A stretch of DNA of 60,011 nt from Eubacteriales bacterium (GCA_045655865.1 JAZOQB010000007.1:1-60011), one strand, 5' to 3'; positions 8,531-19,860 are shown, counted from the stretch's first letter. Made by a program: numbers and translations. The notes: generated by a model from the letters alone, not told the origin.

Positions 8531-11500
8531 ATGTACTTAAAAACACTGGAGATACAAGGGTTTAAATCGTTTCCTGATAAAACGGTCATTGAGTTTGACA
8601 AGGGTATGACCGCCATCGTTGGGGCAAACGGAAGCGGAAAGAGCAATATTTCCGATGCTGTCCGTTGGGTTTTGGGAGAAATGAGCGCCAAATCTCTTAG
8701 AGGAAACAAAATGGAAGATGTGATCTTCAACGGTTCCTCCAAGCGCAAGCCTGCCTCCTTTGCGGAGGTGGTCATGACCATCGATAACTCTGATTCTCTC
8801 ATGAAAATTGATTACGATGAGGTCAGCGTTGGCCGTAGGCTCTACCGCAGCGGAGAAAGTGAATATTACCTGAACAAAAAACAGGTACGCTTAAAAGACG
8901 TGGTGGATCTTTTTCTCAACACGGGTATCGGTCGGGAAGGCTATTCTGTAATCAGTCAGGGAAAAATTGCCGAGGTCATTTCTCTCAAGGCTCAGGAAAG
9001 AAGGGAGCTTTTTGAGGAGGCCGCAGGAATTTCCCGTTTCCGCTACCGCAAGCACGAGGCGGGGCTCAAGCTCCAAAGTGTCAACGAAAATGCCCTTCGG
9101 ATCCAGGACATTCTCTCCGAAGTACAAAGTCGCTTGCCTCGTTTGGAAAGTCAGGCTGCCAAAGCCAAGGAATATCTTTCTGTAGTCGAGGAAAAAAAGC
9201 ACCTGGAAATGGGAATCTGGTCCCAACGGCTGGAAAAGCTGGACCGTTTTTCCAAGGAAGGAAAAGAAGCCTGGGAGCGAGAGGATCGGGAAATCCGCCT
9301 TCTGAGCGATGAAATTGAATCCCAGGATCGCACCATCGACGCTCTTTATACGGAGACCCAGGAAAAAAGCGTACAAAGTGAACTTTTGCGGGGTGAGGTC
9401 TCCGCTTTGGCGGGAACGGTGTCTGATCTTACCGCCAACCTTTCCGTTTTGGAAAATGAGATCCATCACATGCAGATGCGCAGAGATGAGCTTCATTCCG
9501 AAGGGGAAAAGGGGAGCGTTCAAAAGAATGCTCTCGAGGAAGAAAAAGCAGCTATTTTTCAAAACTTTTCTAAGATCCAGGAAGAGCTGGATCAGGTGGA
9601 GGGACGTTTTTCAGACAACCGTGCCCGTCAAGATGCTCTTGCCGGTGAATATGCTACTCTTTCGGAAAAGGAAGAGACGCTCTTGGGAGAAAAAGACGCT
9701 CTTGGCGAGAAACACGCCGCTCTTTCTCTTCAGCTGAAAGAAGACGAGGGCTTTGGAAGAGCGGGCTTGGAGCAGAAAAAAGAATTGGAAAAGCGCCTGT
9801 TGGAAGATATGGGCTTGGATGAACAAAAACTTGCCCATCTGGAAGATTTGCGCTTGGCAGCTCAAAAAGCTCAGCAATCCGTTCAGGAAACGGAAAAACA
9901 AAACGGGAAAATCAATCTTGCCCTCTATGAATTGGGCGAGAAGATTGAAGAAAAGACCCAGCTTCGCCAAAACGTGCGCCTGGAAAAAATGGAGGCGGAG
10001 CAGAGAAGAGATACGCTTCTTCGCATGGAACGGCTTCTCGAGGGATTTTCCGATTCTGTGAAGGAAGTGATGAACGCCGCCGGGGAGGAGCTTTCCGGCA
10101 TCTGCGGACCGGTCTCCAAATTGATCTCTACCGGCGAAGAATATGTCCTTGCCGTAGAAACCGCCTTGGGCGGAGGCGTGCAAAACATCATTGTAGAGGA
10201 TGAGAAAAGCGCCAAAGAGGCCATCGGATTCTTGAAGAAAAATCGTCTGGGCAGAGCGACTTTTTTGCCGCTGACAACCCTTCGTGCGGGAAAATACGAC
10301 ACTTCCCACATTCAAGATGCGGGCTTTGTCGGTGTAGCCAGCGATCTTTGCCGGAGTGAGGCAAAATATGAAAAAGCGGTGGAATTCCTTTTGGGTAAGA
10401 CCCTGGTATGCCGGGATATTGATACCGCCTCCCTTTTGGCGAAAAAAGAAAAATATGGCGTCCGCATCGTCACCTTGGACGGACAGATCATTCATGCAGG
10501 CGGGTCTTTTACCGGAGGACAGGCCCTTCACCTGACCGGCGTTCTTTCCCGTTCCGGGGATCTTGCCCGGTTAAAGGAGAAGATTGACGCCTGTGAAGAA
10601 AAAATCACCGCCTTCCAAAAGGAAATCGATGAAATGGAAGCCGAGCGGGAAGAGCTTCGCGGAAAAGTTAAAGAGATCGAAGCGTCCCTTTCTGCTCTGC
10701 GGCTTTCCGCCGGTCAGGCTCAAAATGCCCTGACCCTGGAGGAGGAACGGCTCTCGACTGCTCGTTCTGCCACCCAACAGATGAAAGAAGAAATTGCCCA
10801 GATCGAGGAAAAGCTCCGTCAAAAAGAAGAGAGGGGCGAAAAGATCAGGGAAGAGATGAACCTTCTTTCCCAGCGAGAGAAAAGTCTGGAAGAGGAACTG
10901 GAACAGATCCAGGCAAAAATTGAGGAAAAAGAAAAGGATCGGGAGAGCCTGATTGTTTCCCAAGGCGAAATTCTTGCTTTGCGCGGACAGACACAGCTTC
11001 GTTTAGAGCAGGAAGCCGAGCGGCTGAATGAAAAGGAAGAAGCCCTTCGTGTTTTAACAGAAGGGGGAAAAAGTAAAGAAGAAGCTCTGGCAGAGCTGGC
11101 GCAAAAGGAAGAAGACGCTCTGAGCCAGATCAAAGAGACCGAGCAAAAGAGGGAAGAGCTCCGCGGTCAGATTTCTGAAAAGCAAAGTCAGATCACCTCA
11201 CTTCAGCAGAGAGTCACCGAAGCCGGAGAGGAAAGTGCTCGCATCCGCGGAGAGCAGAAGACAAAGCTTGCGGAAAAGGAGAAAAAAATGGAGTCCTTTT
11301 CCCGTCTTTCCAACCGCCTTTCCGCTGCGGAAAAAGAAAAAGACAGCATTGTTCGCTCTCTTTGGGAGGAATATGAATTACAGCCGGATAGCGATGAGAT
11401 GATCGCCCTGCGAGAAACTGACACCGAAGCCTTGGGGGGAGAAAAACGCCTTCAGTCCCTTCGCGGTGAACTGCGCCGGATCGGTCCGGTGAGCTTGGAA

Positions 11501-12103
11501 TCCATTCCGGAATTGGAAGAAGCCAGGGAACGATTCCGGTTCCTGAATACCCAGTATTCCGACGTAGCAAAAGCTAAGGAAGAACTGGAAAAACTCATTT
11601 CAGATCTGGAAAGCACCATGCGGGATATGTTCACAGAAACCTTTGAACAGATCCGTTATACCTTCCGGCAGATTTTCGTAGAGCTCTTCGGCGGCGGTAG
11701 CGCCGATATCGAATTGACCAACCGGGAGGACCTTCTCAATTGCGGAATTGAAATTCGGGTACAGCCTCCGGGCAAGGTGATCAAAAACCTATCCTTGCTT
11801 TCCGGCGGCGAGCAGGCTTTCGTGGCTATTGCTCTTTATATGTCCCTTTTGCGCATCAATCCCAGTCCTTTCTGCATTTTTGACGAGATCGAATCCGCGC
11901 TGGATGAGGCAAACGTTCGCCGTTTTGCCGAGTATATCAAGAAGCACAATGACAAGACACAGTTCATTGTTATCACACACCGTCGCGGCACCATGGAAGA
12001 GGCGGATACCCTGTACGGTATCACCATGCAGGAAAAGGGAGTCAGTGACTTTATCCGCTTGGACGTGGCGGACGGCCAAAAATTTGCCAGTGACGGAAAG
12101 TGA
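8531..12103 (+). CDS. smc: Chromosome segregation protein SMC
   Basis: GFKSF, GANGSGKSN, coiled coils, hinge GRATFLPL, LSGGE, FDEIESALD. Confidence 0.98.
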   Translation: MYLKTLEIQGFKSFPDKTVIEFDKGMTAIVGANGSGKSNISDAVRWVLGEMSAKSLRGNKMEDVIFNGSSKRKPASFAEVVMTIDNSDSLMKIDYDEVSVGRRLYRSGESEYYLNKKQVRLKDVVDLFLNTGIGREGYSVISQGKIAEVISLKAQERRELFEEAAGISRFRYRKHEAGLKLQSVNENALRIQDILSEVQSRLPRLESQAAKAKEYLSVVEEKKHLEMGIWSQRLEKLDRFSKEGKEAWEREDREIRLLSDEIESQDRTIDALYTETQEKSVQSELLRGEVSALAGTVSDLTANLSVLENEIHHMQMRRDELHSEGEKGSVQKNALEEEKAAIFQNFSKIQEELDQVEGRFSDNRARQDALAGEYATLSEKEETLLGEKDALGEKHAALSLQLKEDEGFGRAGLEQKKELEKRLLEDMGLDEQKLAHLEDLRLAAQKAQQSVQETEKQNGKINLALYELGEKIEEKTQLRQNVRLEKMEAEQRRDTLLRMERLLEGFSDSVKEVMNAAGEELSGICGPVSKLISTGEEYVLAVETALGGGVQNIIVEDEKSAKEAIGFLKKNRLGRATFLPLTTLRAGKYDTSHIQDAGFVGVASDLCRSEAKYEKAVEFLLGKTLVCRDIDTASLLAKKEKYGVRIVTLDGQIIHAGGSFTGGQALHLTGVLSRSGDLARLKEKIDACEEKITAFQKEIDEMEAEREELRGKVKEIEASLSALRLSAGQAQNALTLEEERLSTARSATQQMKEEIAQIEEKLRQKEERGEKIREEMNLLSQREKSLEEELEQIQAKIEEKEKDRESLIVSQGEILALRGQTQLRLEQEAERLNEKEEALRVLTEGGKSKEEALAELAQKEEDALSQIKETEQKREELRGQISEKQSQITSLQQRVTEAGEESARIRGEQKTKLAEKEKKMESFSRLSNRLSAAEKEKDSIVRSLWEEYELQPDSDEMIALRETDTEALGGEKRLQSLRGELRRIGPVSLESIPELEEARERFRFLNTQYSDVAKAKEELEKLISDLESTMRDMFTETFEQIRYTFRQIFVELFGGGSADIELTNREDLLNCGIEIRVQPPGKVIKNLSLLSGGEQAFVAIALYMSLLRINPSPFCIFDEIESALDEANVRRFAEYIKKHNDKTQFIVITHRRGTMEEADTLYGITMQEKGVSDFIRLDVADGQKFASDGK

Positions 12104-12109
12104 GGAACC

Positions 12110-13024
12110 ATGGGACTTTTTGAACGATTAAAGCAAGGCTTGCAAAAGACCAAAAATGCCATTTTGCATCAGACGGACAGCCTTTTCCGGGCCCTTTCCG
12201 GAGAAATCAACGAGGACTTCTATGAGGAATTGGAAGAAATTCTGATCTTAGCGGATTTTGGCGCCGAGACCTCCATGGAGATTATCGATCTTCTGCGGGA
12301 AAAGGTCAAAGAGGAACGGATTATGTCCGGAGAAGAGGCAAAAATTGCGCTTCGGGAGATCTTGGTTTCTCTCCTGGAAAAGGACGGATTGGAATTGAAT
12401 CTGAGCACCCGTCCCTCCTCCATTCTGATGATCGGGGTGAATGGGGTGGGGAAAACCACCTCCATTGCTAAGATCGCCAATTTCCTCAAAGGACAGGGGA
12501 AAAAAGTCATCCTGGCTGCGGGAGATACCTTCCGTGCCGCCGCCCGGGAACAGCTTGGCATTTGGGCGGAGCGCGTGGGCGTGGATATGATCGCCCAGGG
12601 AGAGGGGGCCGATCCTGCCGCCGTGGTGTTTGACGCCGCCGCCGCCGCAAAAAAACGGGGTGCGGACGTTCTCATCGTTGACACAGCGGGAAGGCTTCAT
12701 AATAAGAAAAATCTCATGGATGAGCTAAGTAAGATCAGCCGGGTCCTGGATCGGGAATTGCCGGGGGCAAGCCGGGAGGTGCTTCTGGTTCTGGACGCCA
12801 CCACTGGACAGAACGCTGTCAGTCAGGCCAAAGAATTCAAAAACAGCGCCGGTATCACCGGGCTTGTTCTCACAAAGCTTGACGGTACTGCCAAGGGCGG
12901 CATCGTGTTCTCATTGAAAAAAGAGCTTGGCATCCCCGTTAAATTCATTGGCGTCGGTGAGGGGATGGACGACTTGCAGCCGTTTCAACCGGAAAGCTTT
13001 GTGAAGGCACTGTTCGATGAATAA
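12110..13024 (+). CDS. ftsY: Signal recognition particle receptor FtsY
   Basis: [31 protein letters not shown]. Confidence 0.98.
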   Translation: MGLFERLKQGLQKTKNAILHQTDSLFRALSGEINEDFYEELEEILILADFGAETSMEIIDLLREKVKEERIMSGEEAKIALREILVSLLEKDGLELNLSTRPSSILMIGVNGVGKTTSIAKIANFLKGQGKKVILAAGDTFRAAAREQLGIWAERVGVDMIAQGEGADPAAVVFDAAAAAKKRGADVLIVDTAGRLHNKKNLMDELSKISRVLDRELPGASREVLLVLDATTGQNAVSQAKEFKNSAGITGLVLTKLDGTAKGGIVFSLKKELGIPVKFIGVGEGMDDLQPFQPESFVKALFDE

Positions 13025-14234
13025 AAGGATCGGAATTTTCGGCGGCGCGTTTGACCCTCCTCACCGTGGGCACCAGATCGCCCTTGCCGCTTTCTTGGGC
13101 ATCGCACAGTTGGATCTTTGCTATGTGATTCCCTCCGGGACGGCCCCCCACAAGACCATCTCCCGTGGCGCTTCTCCCGGTGACCGGCTGGAAATGTCCC
13201 GGATCGCTTTCTCCCCTTTGTCGGAAAAAGTGGTGGTTTCGGATCTTGAGATCGCCTCTGATGAGATTTCATATACCTATCGGACGGTGGAGAAAATTCG
13301 GGCACAGCATCCGGAAGATGAACTTTTTCTGTTTGTAGGAACGGACCAGTTTTTGACTTTCCAATCCTGGCGAGAGCCCGAAACGCTTCTTTCCTCTTGT
13401 ACCCTTTGTGTTATGGACCGTTACCGGGATGAAGATCAGATCCTTGCAAAAAAAGAGGCTTTGGAGAAAGAATTTGGGGCCCGGTGCTTGCTTTTAAAGG
13501 AAAAAGCATATATAATATCTTCCACCCAGATCCGCAAGGAATTGGAACGGAACGGCTTTTCCACCTCTCTTCCTCCCGGTGTCAACGATTATATTGCCCT
13601 TTCCGGGCTCTACGGCACCGCATCTCCCGAAAGGCAACGAGTGTTGGAAAGACTTGGCTCTTCGCTTTCTTCAGAGCGCCTTTCTCATACTCTCAGCGTA
13701 GAGAGGGAAGTGGCCAGGCTTTGTGATCTTCTGGGTATTCCGGAAAAAAAGGAGCTTTGTCTTGCAGCACTCTACCATGACCTGACCAAGGAAAAAAGTC
13801 TGGAGGAGCAAAGCGGAATTTTTGAGCAGTTTGGCGTTGATCCTACGCCGGAGGATCTTGCTTCTCCCTCAGTGCTTCACGGCATGACCGCCGCGTTGTT
13901 GGCTGAGAGGGACGGCCTTCCCGGATTTGCTTGCGACGCAGTACGCTATCACACCACCGGAAGGGCCAATATGACCCTTTTTGATAAGATTTTATATTTT
14001 GCAGACTATATTGAAGAAAGGCGAACCCATCAAGTTTGCCAAAAGGCCAGAAAAGATTTGTACAAAGGCCTGCCGGAAGGGATCCCGGAGCGAAGGGCGT
14101 GGCTGGATCGCTGCCTTTTGCTGGTTCTTGCCGGTACCGTCTCCCACTTGAAGGAAGAAGGTCGTCCCGTTCACCCACGGAGCCTTGAGGCATTGGAAGG
14201 AGCGGAAAAAGCCAAAGGAAAGGAAGATTTATGA
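13017..14234 (+). CDS. nadD: NadD (nicotinate-nucleotide adenylyltransferase) fused to a YqeK-type HD domain
   Basis: N-terminal GGAFDPPHRGH and ISSTQIR; C-terminal RLSHT, YHDLTK, LHG, YHTTG, ADYIE. Confidence 0.93.
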   Translation: MNKRIGIFGGAFDPPHRGHQIALAAFLGIAQLDLCYVIPSGTAPHKTISRGASPGDRLEMSRIAFSPLSEKVVVSDLEIASDEISYTYRTVEKIRAQHPEDELFLFVGTDQFLTFQSWREPETLLSSCTLCVMDRYRDEDQILAKKEALEKEFGARCLLLKEKAYIISSTQIRKELERNGFSTSLPPGVNDYIALSGLYGTASPERQRVLERLGSSLSSERLSHTLSVEREVARLCDLLGIPEKKELCLAALYHDLTKEKSLEEQSGIFEQFGVDPTPEDLASPSVLHGMTAALLAERDGLPGFACDAVRYHTTGRANMTLFDKILYFADYIEERRTHQVCQKARKDLYKGLPEGIPERRAWLDRCLLLVLAGTVSHLKEEGRPVHPRSLEALEGAEKAKGKEDL

Positions 14235-14587
14235 CGAATCTGGAAAAAGCAAAAAAAATTGCCGAGATCCTGGATGAAAAAAAAGGAAAAGACGTCTCGA
14301 TTTTAAAGGTGGAGGAAGAAACCGTCATTACCGATTTCTTTGTTATTGCCACCGCGACCTCTTCCACCCATTTGAAAGCTTTGTGTGATGAGGTGGAATA
14401 CCGACTGCGTGAGGAAAACGGCGAGCGCACATCTCGAGTGGAAGGTTACGGCGGAGGCGGCTGGATCCTTATGGATTATTCGGATGTGATCGTGCATCTT
14501 TTCGATGCCGATTCCCGGGAATTTTTCAAGTTGGAAAAACTGTGGGGACAAGCAGAGAGCATCCCCTTTGAAGCAAAAGAAGATTAG
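14231..14587 (+). CDS. rsfS: Ribosome silencing factor RsfS
   Basis: LDEKKG, DFFVIAT, WILMDYSDVIVHLF, LEKLW; typical position after nadD/yqeK. Confidence 0.96.
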   Translation: MTNLEKAKKIAEILDEKKGKDVSILKVEEETVITDFFVIATATSSTHLKALCDEVEYRLREENGERTSRVEGYGGGGWILMDYSDVIVHLFDADSREFFKLEKLWGQAESIPFEAKED

Positions 14588-14612
14588 TTTTTGAGAGGCG
14601 AGGAAACAGACA

Positions 14613-17015
14613 ATGGACTACAATTTCAAACAAACTGAGAAAAAATGGCAGGATATTTGGGAAGAAAAAGGCACGTTCCAAGCCGGAGATGATTACTCCA
14701 AACCCAAGTTTTACGCTTTGGTGGAATTTCCTTATCCTTCCGGACAGGGTCTTCACGTAGGTCACCCCCGTTCCTATACGGCGCTGGATATCGTAGCTCG
14801 GAAAAAGAGACTTCAGGGCTACAACGTACTTTATCCTATGGGCTGGGATGCCTTTGGACTTCCCACGGAAAACTTCGCTATCAAAAATCATATTCACCCC
14901 TCCATCGTTACCGAGAAGAACGTGGCTCATTTCAGAGAACAGCTCAAATCCCTGGGCTTTTCTTTCGATTGGTCCCGTGAGATCAACACCACCGACCCCT
15001 CTTATTATAAGTGGACTCAGTGGATCTTCTTGCAGCTGTTCAAAGAAGGCTATGCCTATAAAAAGGAAATGGCTGTTAACTGGTGTCCCTCCTGTAAGTG
15101 TGTTTTGGCCAACGAGGAGGCCGTGGGCGGTGTTTGCGAACGTTGCGGAAGTGAAGTGGTGCGCAAGGTAAAGAGCCAGTGGATGCTCAAGATCACCGAT
15201 TATGCGGAAAAACTTCTGGATGGTTTGGATACGGTCAATTTCATCGAGCGTGTCAAGACCCAGCAGAGAAATTGGATCGGACGTTCTACCGGCGCCCAGG
15301 TTCGTTTTGCTACCACCGCCGGCGACGATTTGGAAGTGTATACGACCCGTCCCGACACTCTCTTTGGCGCAACGTACATGGTCATGGCTCCCGAGCACGC
15401 TTTCATTGAAAAGTGGGAGAAAAAACTTCATAATATGGAAGAGATCCGCGCTTATCAGGAAAACGCCGCCAAAAAGAGCGATTTTGAGAGAACGGAAGTG
15501 GCCAAGGAAAAGACCGGCGTGAAACTTGACGGCGTTTCAGCGATCAACCCGGTAACCGGGAAGCAGATCCCCATTTTCATTTCCGACTATGTTTTGGCCT
15601 CCTACGGTACCGGCGCCATTATGGCGGTGCCTGCCCACGACGAGCGTGACTATGAATTCGCTAAGGTTTTCGGCCTTCCCATGATCGAAGTGGTCAAGGG
15701 CGGTGACATTACAAAGGAAGCCTTTGTGGACTGTGCTACCGGTATGATGGCAAATTCCGGATTTTTGGACGGTTTGACCGTGGACGAGGCTAAAGTCAAG
15801 ATCATAGATTGGCTCACCGAAAAGGGTGTTGGTGAGAAGAAAGTGAATTATAAGTTGCGCGACTGGGTATTCTCCCGTCAGCGTTACTGGGGAGAACCCA
15901 TTCCCATCGTTCACTGTCCCCATTGCGGAGCGGTGCCTCTTCCGGAAGATCAACTGCCCCTGGTACTTCCCGATGTAGATTCCTATGAACCCACCGAAAC
16001 CGGGGAATCTCCTCTGGCGAAAATGACGGATTGGGTCAATACTACATGCCCTGTCTGCGGAGCGCCTTCTCAAAGAGAAACCGATACCATGCCCCAGTGG
16101 GCCGGCTCTTCCTGGTATTTTCTCCGCTATATCGATCCCCACAATAACGATGCACTGGCATCCAAAGAGGCCATGGAGTATTGGCTACCTGTGGATTGGT
16201 ATAACGGCGGTATGGAACATACCACCCTGCACTTGCTTTACAGCCGCTTCTGGCATAAATTCCTCTATGACATTCAAGCCGTTTCCACCCCCGAGCCCTA
16301 CGCCAAGCGTACCAGCCACGGCATGATCCTGGGCGAAAATGGGGAAAAGATGAGCAAATCTCGAGGGAACGTTGTCAATCCTGATGATATCGTAAACGAA
16401 TATGGCGCAGATACCATGCGTCTTTACGAAATGTTTATCGGAGACTTTGAAAAGGCAGCTCCCTGGAACTCTGCATCCATCAAGGGTTGCAAACGGTTCC
16501 TGGATCGAGTCTGGGGTCTTTTGGATATGTGCCGGGAAGGCGCGATCCGTCCCGAATTGGAAAGTGCTTTCCACAAGACCATCAAAAAGGTCACCGAGGA
16601 CATTGAGAATCTTAAGATGAATACCGCCATTGCCGCTATGATGGCGCTTCTCAATGAGATTTACGCTTCCGAGAGCGTCACTCGGGAAGAGCTGAAGGTC
16701 CTTATCGTTCTTCTCAATCCTTTTGCTCCTCACTTGACGGAGGAAATGTGGGAGACTCTGGGCTTTGAGGGCATGCTGAACCAGACCGCTTGGCCGAAGT
16801 TCGATCCGGAAAAGTGTGTGGATGCCACGGTGGAGATCGCCATTCAGATCTGCGGCAAAGTGAGAGCGAAAATGAACGTTCCCACCAAAGCTTCCGCCCA
16901 GGATGTGATCTGCCAAGCCAAAGAAGAAGAGAGCATTCGTGCCCTTTTGGACGGCAAGACCGTTGTAAAAGAAATCTACGTTCCCGGGAAACTTGTGAAC
17001 ATTGTTGCAAAGTAA
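14613..17015 (+). CDS. leuS: Leucine--tRNA ligase
   Basis: [38 protein letters not shown]. Confidence 0.98.
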   Translation: MDYNFKQTEKKWQDIWEEKGTFQAGDDYSKPKFYALVEFPYPSGQGLHVGHPRSYTALDIVARKKRLQGYNVLYPMGWDAFGLPTENFAIKNHIHPSIVTEKNVAHFREQLKSLGFSFDWSREINTTDPSYYKWTQWIFLQLFKEGYAYKKEMAVNWCPSCKCVLANEEAVGGVCERCGSEVVRKVKSQWMLKITDYAEKLLDGLDTVNFIERVKTQQRNWIGRSTGAQVRFATTAGDDLEVYTTRPDTLFGATYMVMAPEHAFIEKWEKKLHNMEEIRAYQENAAKKSDFERTEVAKEKTGVKLDGVSAINPVTGKQIPIFISDYVLASYGTGAIMAVPAHDERDYEFAKVFGLPMIEVVKGGDITKEAFVDCATGMMANSGFLDGLTVDEAKVKIIDWLTEKGVGEKKVNYKLRDWVFSRQRYWGEPIPIVHCPHCGAVPLPEDQLPLVLPDVDSYEPTETGESPLAKMTDWVNTTCPVCGAPSQRETDTMPQWAGSSWYFLRYIDPHNNDALASKEAMEYWLPVDWYNGGMEHTTLHLLYSRFWHKFLYDIQAVSTPEPYAKRTSHGMILGENGEKMSKSRGNVVNPDDIVNEYGADTMRLYEMFIGDFEKAAPWNSASIKGCKRFLDRVWGLLDMCREGAIRPELESAFHKTIKKVTEDIENLKMNTAIAAMMALLNEIYASESVTREELKVLIVLLNPFAPHLTEEMWETLGFEGMLNQTAWPKFDPEKCVDATVEIAIQICGKVRAKMNVPTKASAQDVICQAKEEESIRALLDGKTVVKEIYVPGKLVNIVAK

Positions 17016-17024
17016 GATTTCATT

Positions 17025-17055
17025 TGCCCGCCTGATTTCAGGCGGGCATCTTTTT
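17025..17055 (+). terminator. Intrinsic terminator after leuS
   Basis: TGCCCGCCTGA/TCAGGCGGGCA stem followed by TCTTTTT. Confidence 0.85.
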
Positions 17056-17094
17056 GCAAATTTTTCAAAAACCGAAAAAAAAGAGAAAAACGAC

Positions 17095-17123
17095 TTGACA
17101 TTGGTAAAGAATTCGATTATAAT
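17095..17123 (+). promoter_or_regulatory. Consensus sigma-A promoter of rpsU
   Basis: TTGACA-17-TATAAT, perfect match. Confidence 0.9.
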
Positions 17124-17187
17124 AGACCCTAGTCGTGAAAGACTGTTTTGTTTGATCTCTTCGCTAAGTGCAAAGGGAGGGAAAAAG

Positions 17188-17364
17188 ATGGCAGAAGTTA
17201 GAGTTAAAGAAAACGAATCGCTCGACAGTGCTATTCGCAGATTTAAACGTCAGTGCGCCAGAAGCGGTGTGCTGAGCGAACTTCGCAAGCGCGAGTGCTA
17301 TGAAAAGCCCAGCGTGAAGCGCAAGAAGAAGTCCGAAGCTGCTAGAAAGCGCAAGTACAAGTAA
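17188..17364 (+). CDS. rpsU: 30S ribosomal protein S21
   Basis: [21 protein letters not shown]...[19 protein letters not shown]; GGGAGG RBS. Confidence 0.98.
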   Translation: MAEVRVKENESLDSAIRRFKRQCARSGVLSELRKRECYEKPSVKRKKKSEAARKRKYK

Positions 17365-17424
17365 AGCTGCAGGATAGTGCAAAGCGGCGTGTTCGCCGCT
17401 CTCTTGCCTGTTTGGCAGGAAGTT

Positions 17425-17470
17425 ATGCCAATTCCGACCACACTTGTGGAAGGAATTGGCTTTTATCATT
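17425..17470 (+). terminator. Probable terminator/attenuator between rpsU and asd
   Basis: GCCAATTCC...GGAATTGGC 9-bp stem with inner CCAC/GTGG, followed by TTTTATCATTTT. Confidence 0.6.
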
Positions 17471-17491
17471 TTAGAGTTTTTGGAGGGAATT

Positions 17492-18571
17492 ATGAATCCG
17501 ATCAAAGTGGGAATCATTGGTGCCACCGGTATGGTAGGTCAAAGATTTTTGACCTTGTTAGAAAATCACCCCTATTTTCAGGTAGCAGGGCTTTATGCCA
17601 GCGCTCGCAGCGCAGGGAAAACCTACGGTGAGTCTGTCGAGGGTCGCTGGAAGATGGCTACTCCCTTGAAAGAGGAATTTGCCGCTATGCCCGTTTATGA
17701 CGCTGCGGATATTTCCCGAATTGCGGATAGCGTAGATATGGTATTTTGTGCCGTTAATATGCCAAAAGCCGAGACGAAGGCATACGAAGAGGCCCTGGCC
17801 AAAGCGGAGATCCCAGTGGTTTCTGCCAATAGCGCCAACCGCATGGTTCCGGATGTTCCCATGATCATTCCTGAGGTCAATCCCCACCACACGGATCTGA
17901 TTCCTTTGCAGAGAAAGAGACTAGGGACCCGCCGTGGCTTTATCGCTTCCAAGCCCAATTGTTCCATTCAAAGCTACGTTCCCCTGATCCAGCCGCTGAT
18001 GGAGTTTGAGCCGACGGAGGTTTTTGTTACCACCTATCAGGCTATCTCCGGTGCAGGAAAGACCTTCCGCGAGTGGCCGGAAATGCTGGATAACATCATT
18101 CCTTTTATTTCCGGTGAGGAAGAAAAGAGCGAGCAGGAGCCGCTGAAGATCTGGGGTAGTGTGGGCGAAGAGGGAGTCAAGAACCTCTCTAACCTTACCA
18201 TTAGCGCTCAGTGTCTGAGAGTTCCCTGCAGTGACGGACATATGGCGGCAAGCTTTATCCGTTTTGCGAAAAAGCCAACCAAGGAGCAGATTCTTGCCAA
18301 ATGGAGAGAATATCGCTCTGTGCCCCAGGAACTTTCTCTTCCCAGCGCACCCAAGCAGTTTATCACTTATTTTGAAGAGGACAACCGTCCTCAGACGGGC
18401 CTGGACCGCATGACGGAACGGGGCATGGGCATTTGTGCCGGCAGATTGCGGGAGGATCCCATTTACGATTACAAGTTCTTGGGTCTGTCTCATAACACTC
18501 TTCGCGGCGCCGCCGGCGGTGCGGTAGAGGTTGCTGAACTGCTCTTCCGTTTGGGCTATTTTGACCGATGA
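17492..18571 (+). CDS. asd: Aspartate-semialdehyde dehydrogenase
   Basis: IIGATGMVG, PEVN, KPNCS, QAISGAG, HNTLRGAAG; GGAGG RBS. Confidence 0.96.
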   Translation: MNPIKVGIIGATGMVGQRFLTLLENHPYFQVAGLYASARSAGKTYGESVEGRWKMATPLKEEFAAMPVYDAADISRIADSVDMVFCAVNMPKAETKAYEEALAKAEIPVVSANSANRMVPDVPMIIPEVNPHHTDLIPLQRKRLGTRRGFIASKPNCSIQSYVPLIQPLMEFEPTEVFVTTYQAISGAGKTFREWPEMLDNIIPFISGEEEKSEQEPLKIWGSVGEEGVKNLSNLTISAQCLRVPCSDGHMAASFIRFAKKPTKEQILAKWREYRSVPQELSLPSAPKQFITYFEEDNRPQTGLDRMTERGMGICAGRLREDPIYDYKFLGLSHNTLRGAAGGAVEVAELLFRLGYFDR

Positions 18572-19809
18572 ACACTCCTCTTGCGGAGCGCCTTCGCCCC
18601 CGGGAACTTTCCCAGGTGGTAGGGCAGAAGCAAATTTTGGGAGAAAAGGGAGCACTGCGCCGACTTTTGGAGGCCGGAAAGCTCACAAATATGATCTTCT
18701 ACGGCCCCAGTGGGGTCGGGAAGACCACCGTTGCCAATTTGGTGGCGGGAATTGCGGGATTGCCGTTTCGAAAGCTCAACGCCACGAACGCCGCCGGAAA
18801 AGACATAAAAGAAGTTCTGGCGGAGACGGAAGGCTTGGACGGGATGAACGGAATCGTCCTGTATTTGGATGAGATCCAGTATCTCAATAAAAAGCAGCAG
18901 CAAACGCTTCTTGAATACATTGAGGACGGGCGGATCACCTTGATCGCCTCTACTACGGAGAATCCTTATTTTTACGTATATAAAGCGATTCTCTCCCGCT
19001 GTGCTGTGTTCGAATTCAAAGAATTGGCCCCTGAAGAGATCCAGGAAAATCTCCTTCGTGGCATGGAAGAATTGAACCGGGAGACTGGGGAAGAAAAGAC
19101 CATCACAAAGGAAGCTTTATCCCATATTGCTGTCTCCAGCGGTGGAGATGTGCGCGCTTCATTAAACTTTTTGGAGTTGTGTTATTACATTTCCGATTCA
19201 CAGATCACCTTTGAGGATGCACAGGCTGCGGGTCAGCGGAATTTTTCTGCCTACGACCGTTCCGGAGACGATAAGTACGAGCTTTTGTCCGCTCTTCAAA
19301 AGTCCATTCGCGGCAGCGATGAAAACGCCGCGATCTTTTACCTGGCAAAGCTCTTGGAAGCAGGGGATCTGCAGGGCGCTTGCAGAAGACTGATGGTGAT
19401 TGCCTCGGAAGACGTTGGTCTGGCTTACTCTCAAGCGGCCGGCATAGTAAAAAGCTGTGTGGATTCCGCCTTGATGCTGGGAATGCCCGAAGCCAGGATC
19501 CCTCTGGCTCATGCGGCGATTCTTCTGGCCACCAGTCCCAAGTCCAATTCCGCTTACATGGCCTATGCTGCTGCCGCAGCGGATATTGAAAAGGGGCTCG
19601 GGAGAGATATGCCATCTCGGCTCAAAAACAACCACTGCTTTGGTGTTGGTGAGAAAAAAGACAGCTATATTTATCCTCACGATTATCCCGGTCACTATTA
19701 TCCCCAGCAGTACCTGCCTGACGATATCAAAGATCAAGTGTATTATCAGTTTGGCGAAAACAAGGCGGAGCAGGCCGCAAAGGCGTACTGGGAAAAGATC
19801 AAAAAATAA
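18568..19809 (+). CDS. rarA: Replication-associated recombination protein A (MgsA/RarA AAA+ ATPase)
   Basis: PLAERLRP, GPSGVGKTT, TTENPYF, SALQKSIRGSD, ASEDVG, PKSNS. Confidence 0.96.
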   Translation: MNTPLAERLRPRELSQVVGQKQILGEKGALRRLLEAGKLTNMIFYGPSGVGKTTVANLVAGIAGLPFRKLNATNAAGKDIKEVLAETEGLDGMNGIVLYLDEIQYLNKKQQQTLLEYIEDGRITLIASTTENPYFYVYKAILSRCAVFEFKELAPEEIQENLLRGMEELNRETGEEKTITKEALSHIAVSSGGDVRASLNFLELCYYISDSQITFEDAQAAGQRNFSAYDRSGDDKYELLSALQKSIRGSDENAAIFYLAKLLEAGDLQGACRRLMVIASEDVGLAYSQAAGIVKSCVDSALMLGMPEARIPLAHAAILLATSPKSNSAYMAYAAAAADIEKGLGRDMPSRLKNNHCFGVGEKKDSYIYPHDYPGHYYPQQYLPDDIKDQVYYQFGENKAEQAAKAYWEKIKK

Positions 19810-19813
19810 AGAC

Positions 19814-19851
19814 AAAAAAAGGCCTCCTGATTTTTCAGGAGGCCTTTTTTT
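19814..19851. terminator. Bidirectional terminator between rarA and rsgA
   Basis: A7-GGCCTCCTGA/TCAGGAGGCC-T7. Confidence 0.9.
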
Positions 19852-19860
19852 GATAAAAAG

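Noticed and set aside
14588-14612. T-box upstream of leuS
   Set aside because: Only 25 bp separate rsfS and leuS; no room and no T-box motif.
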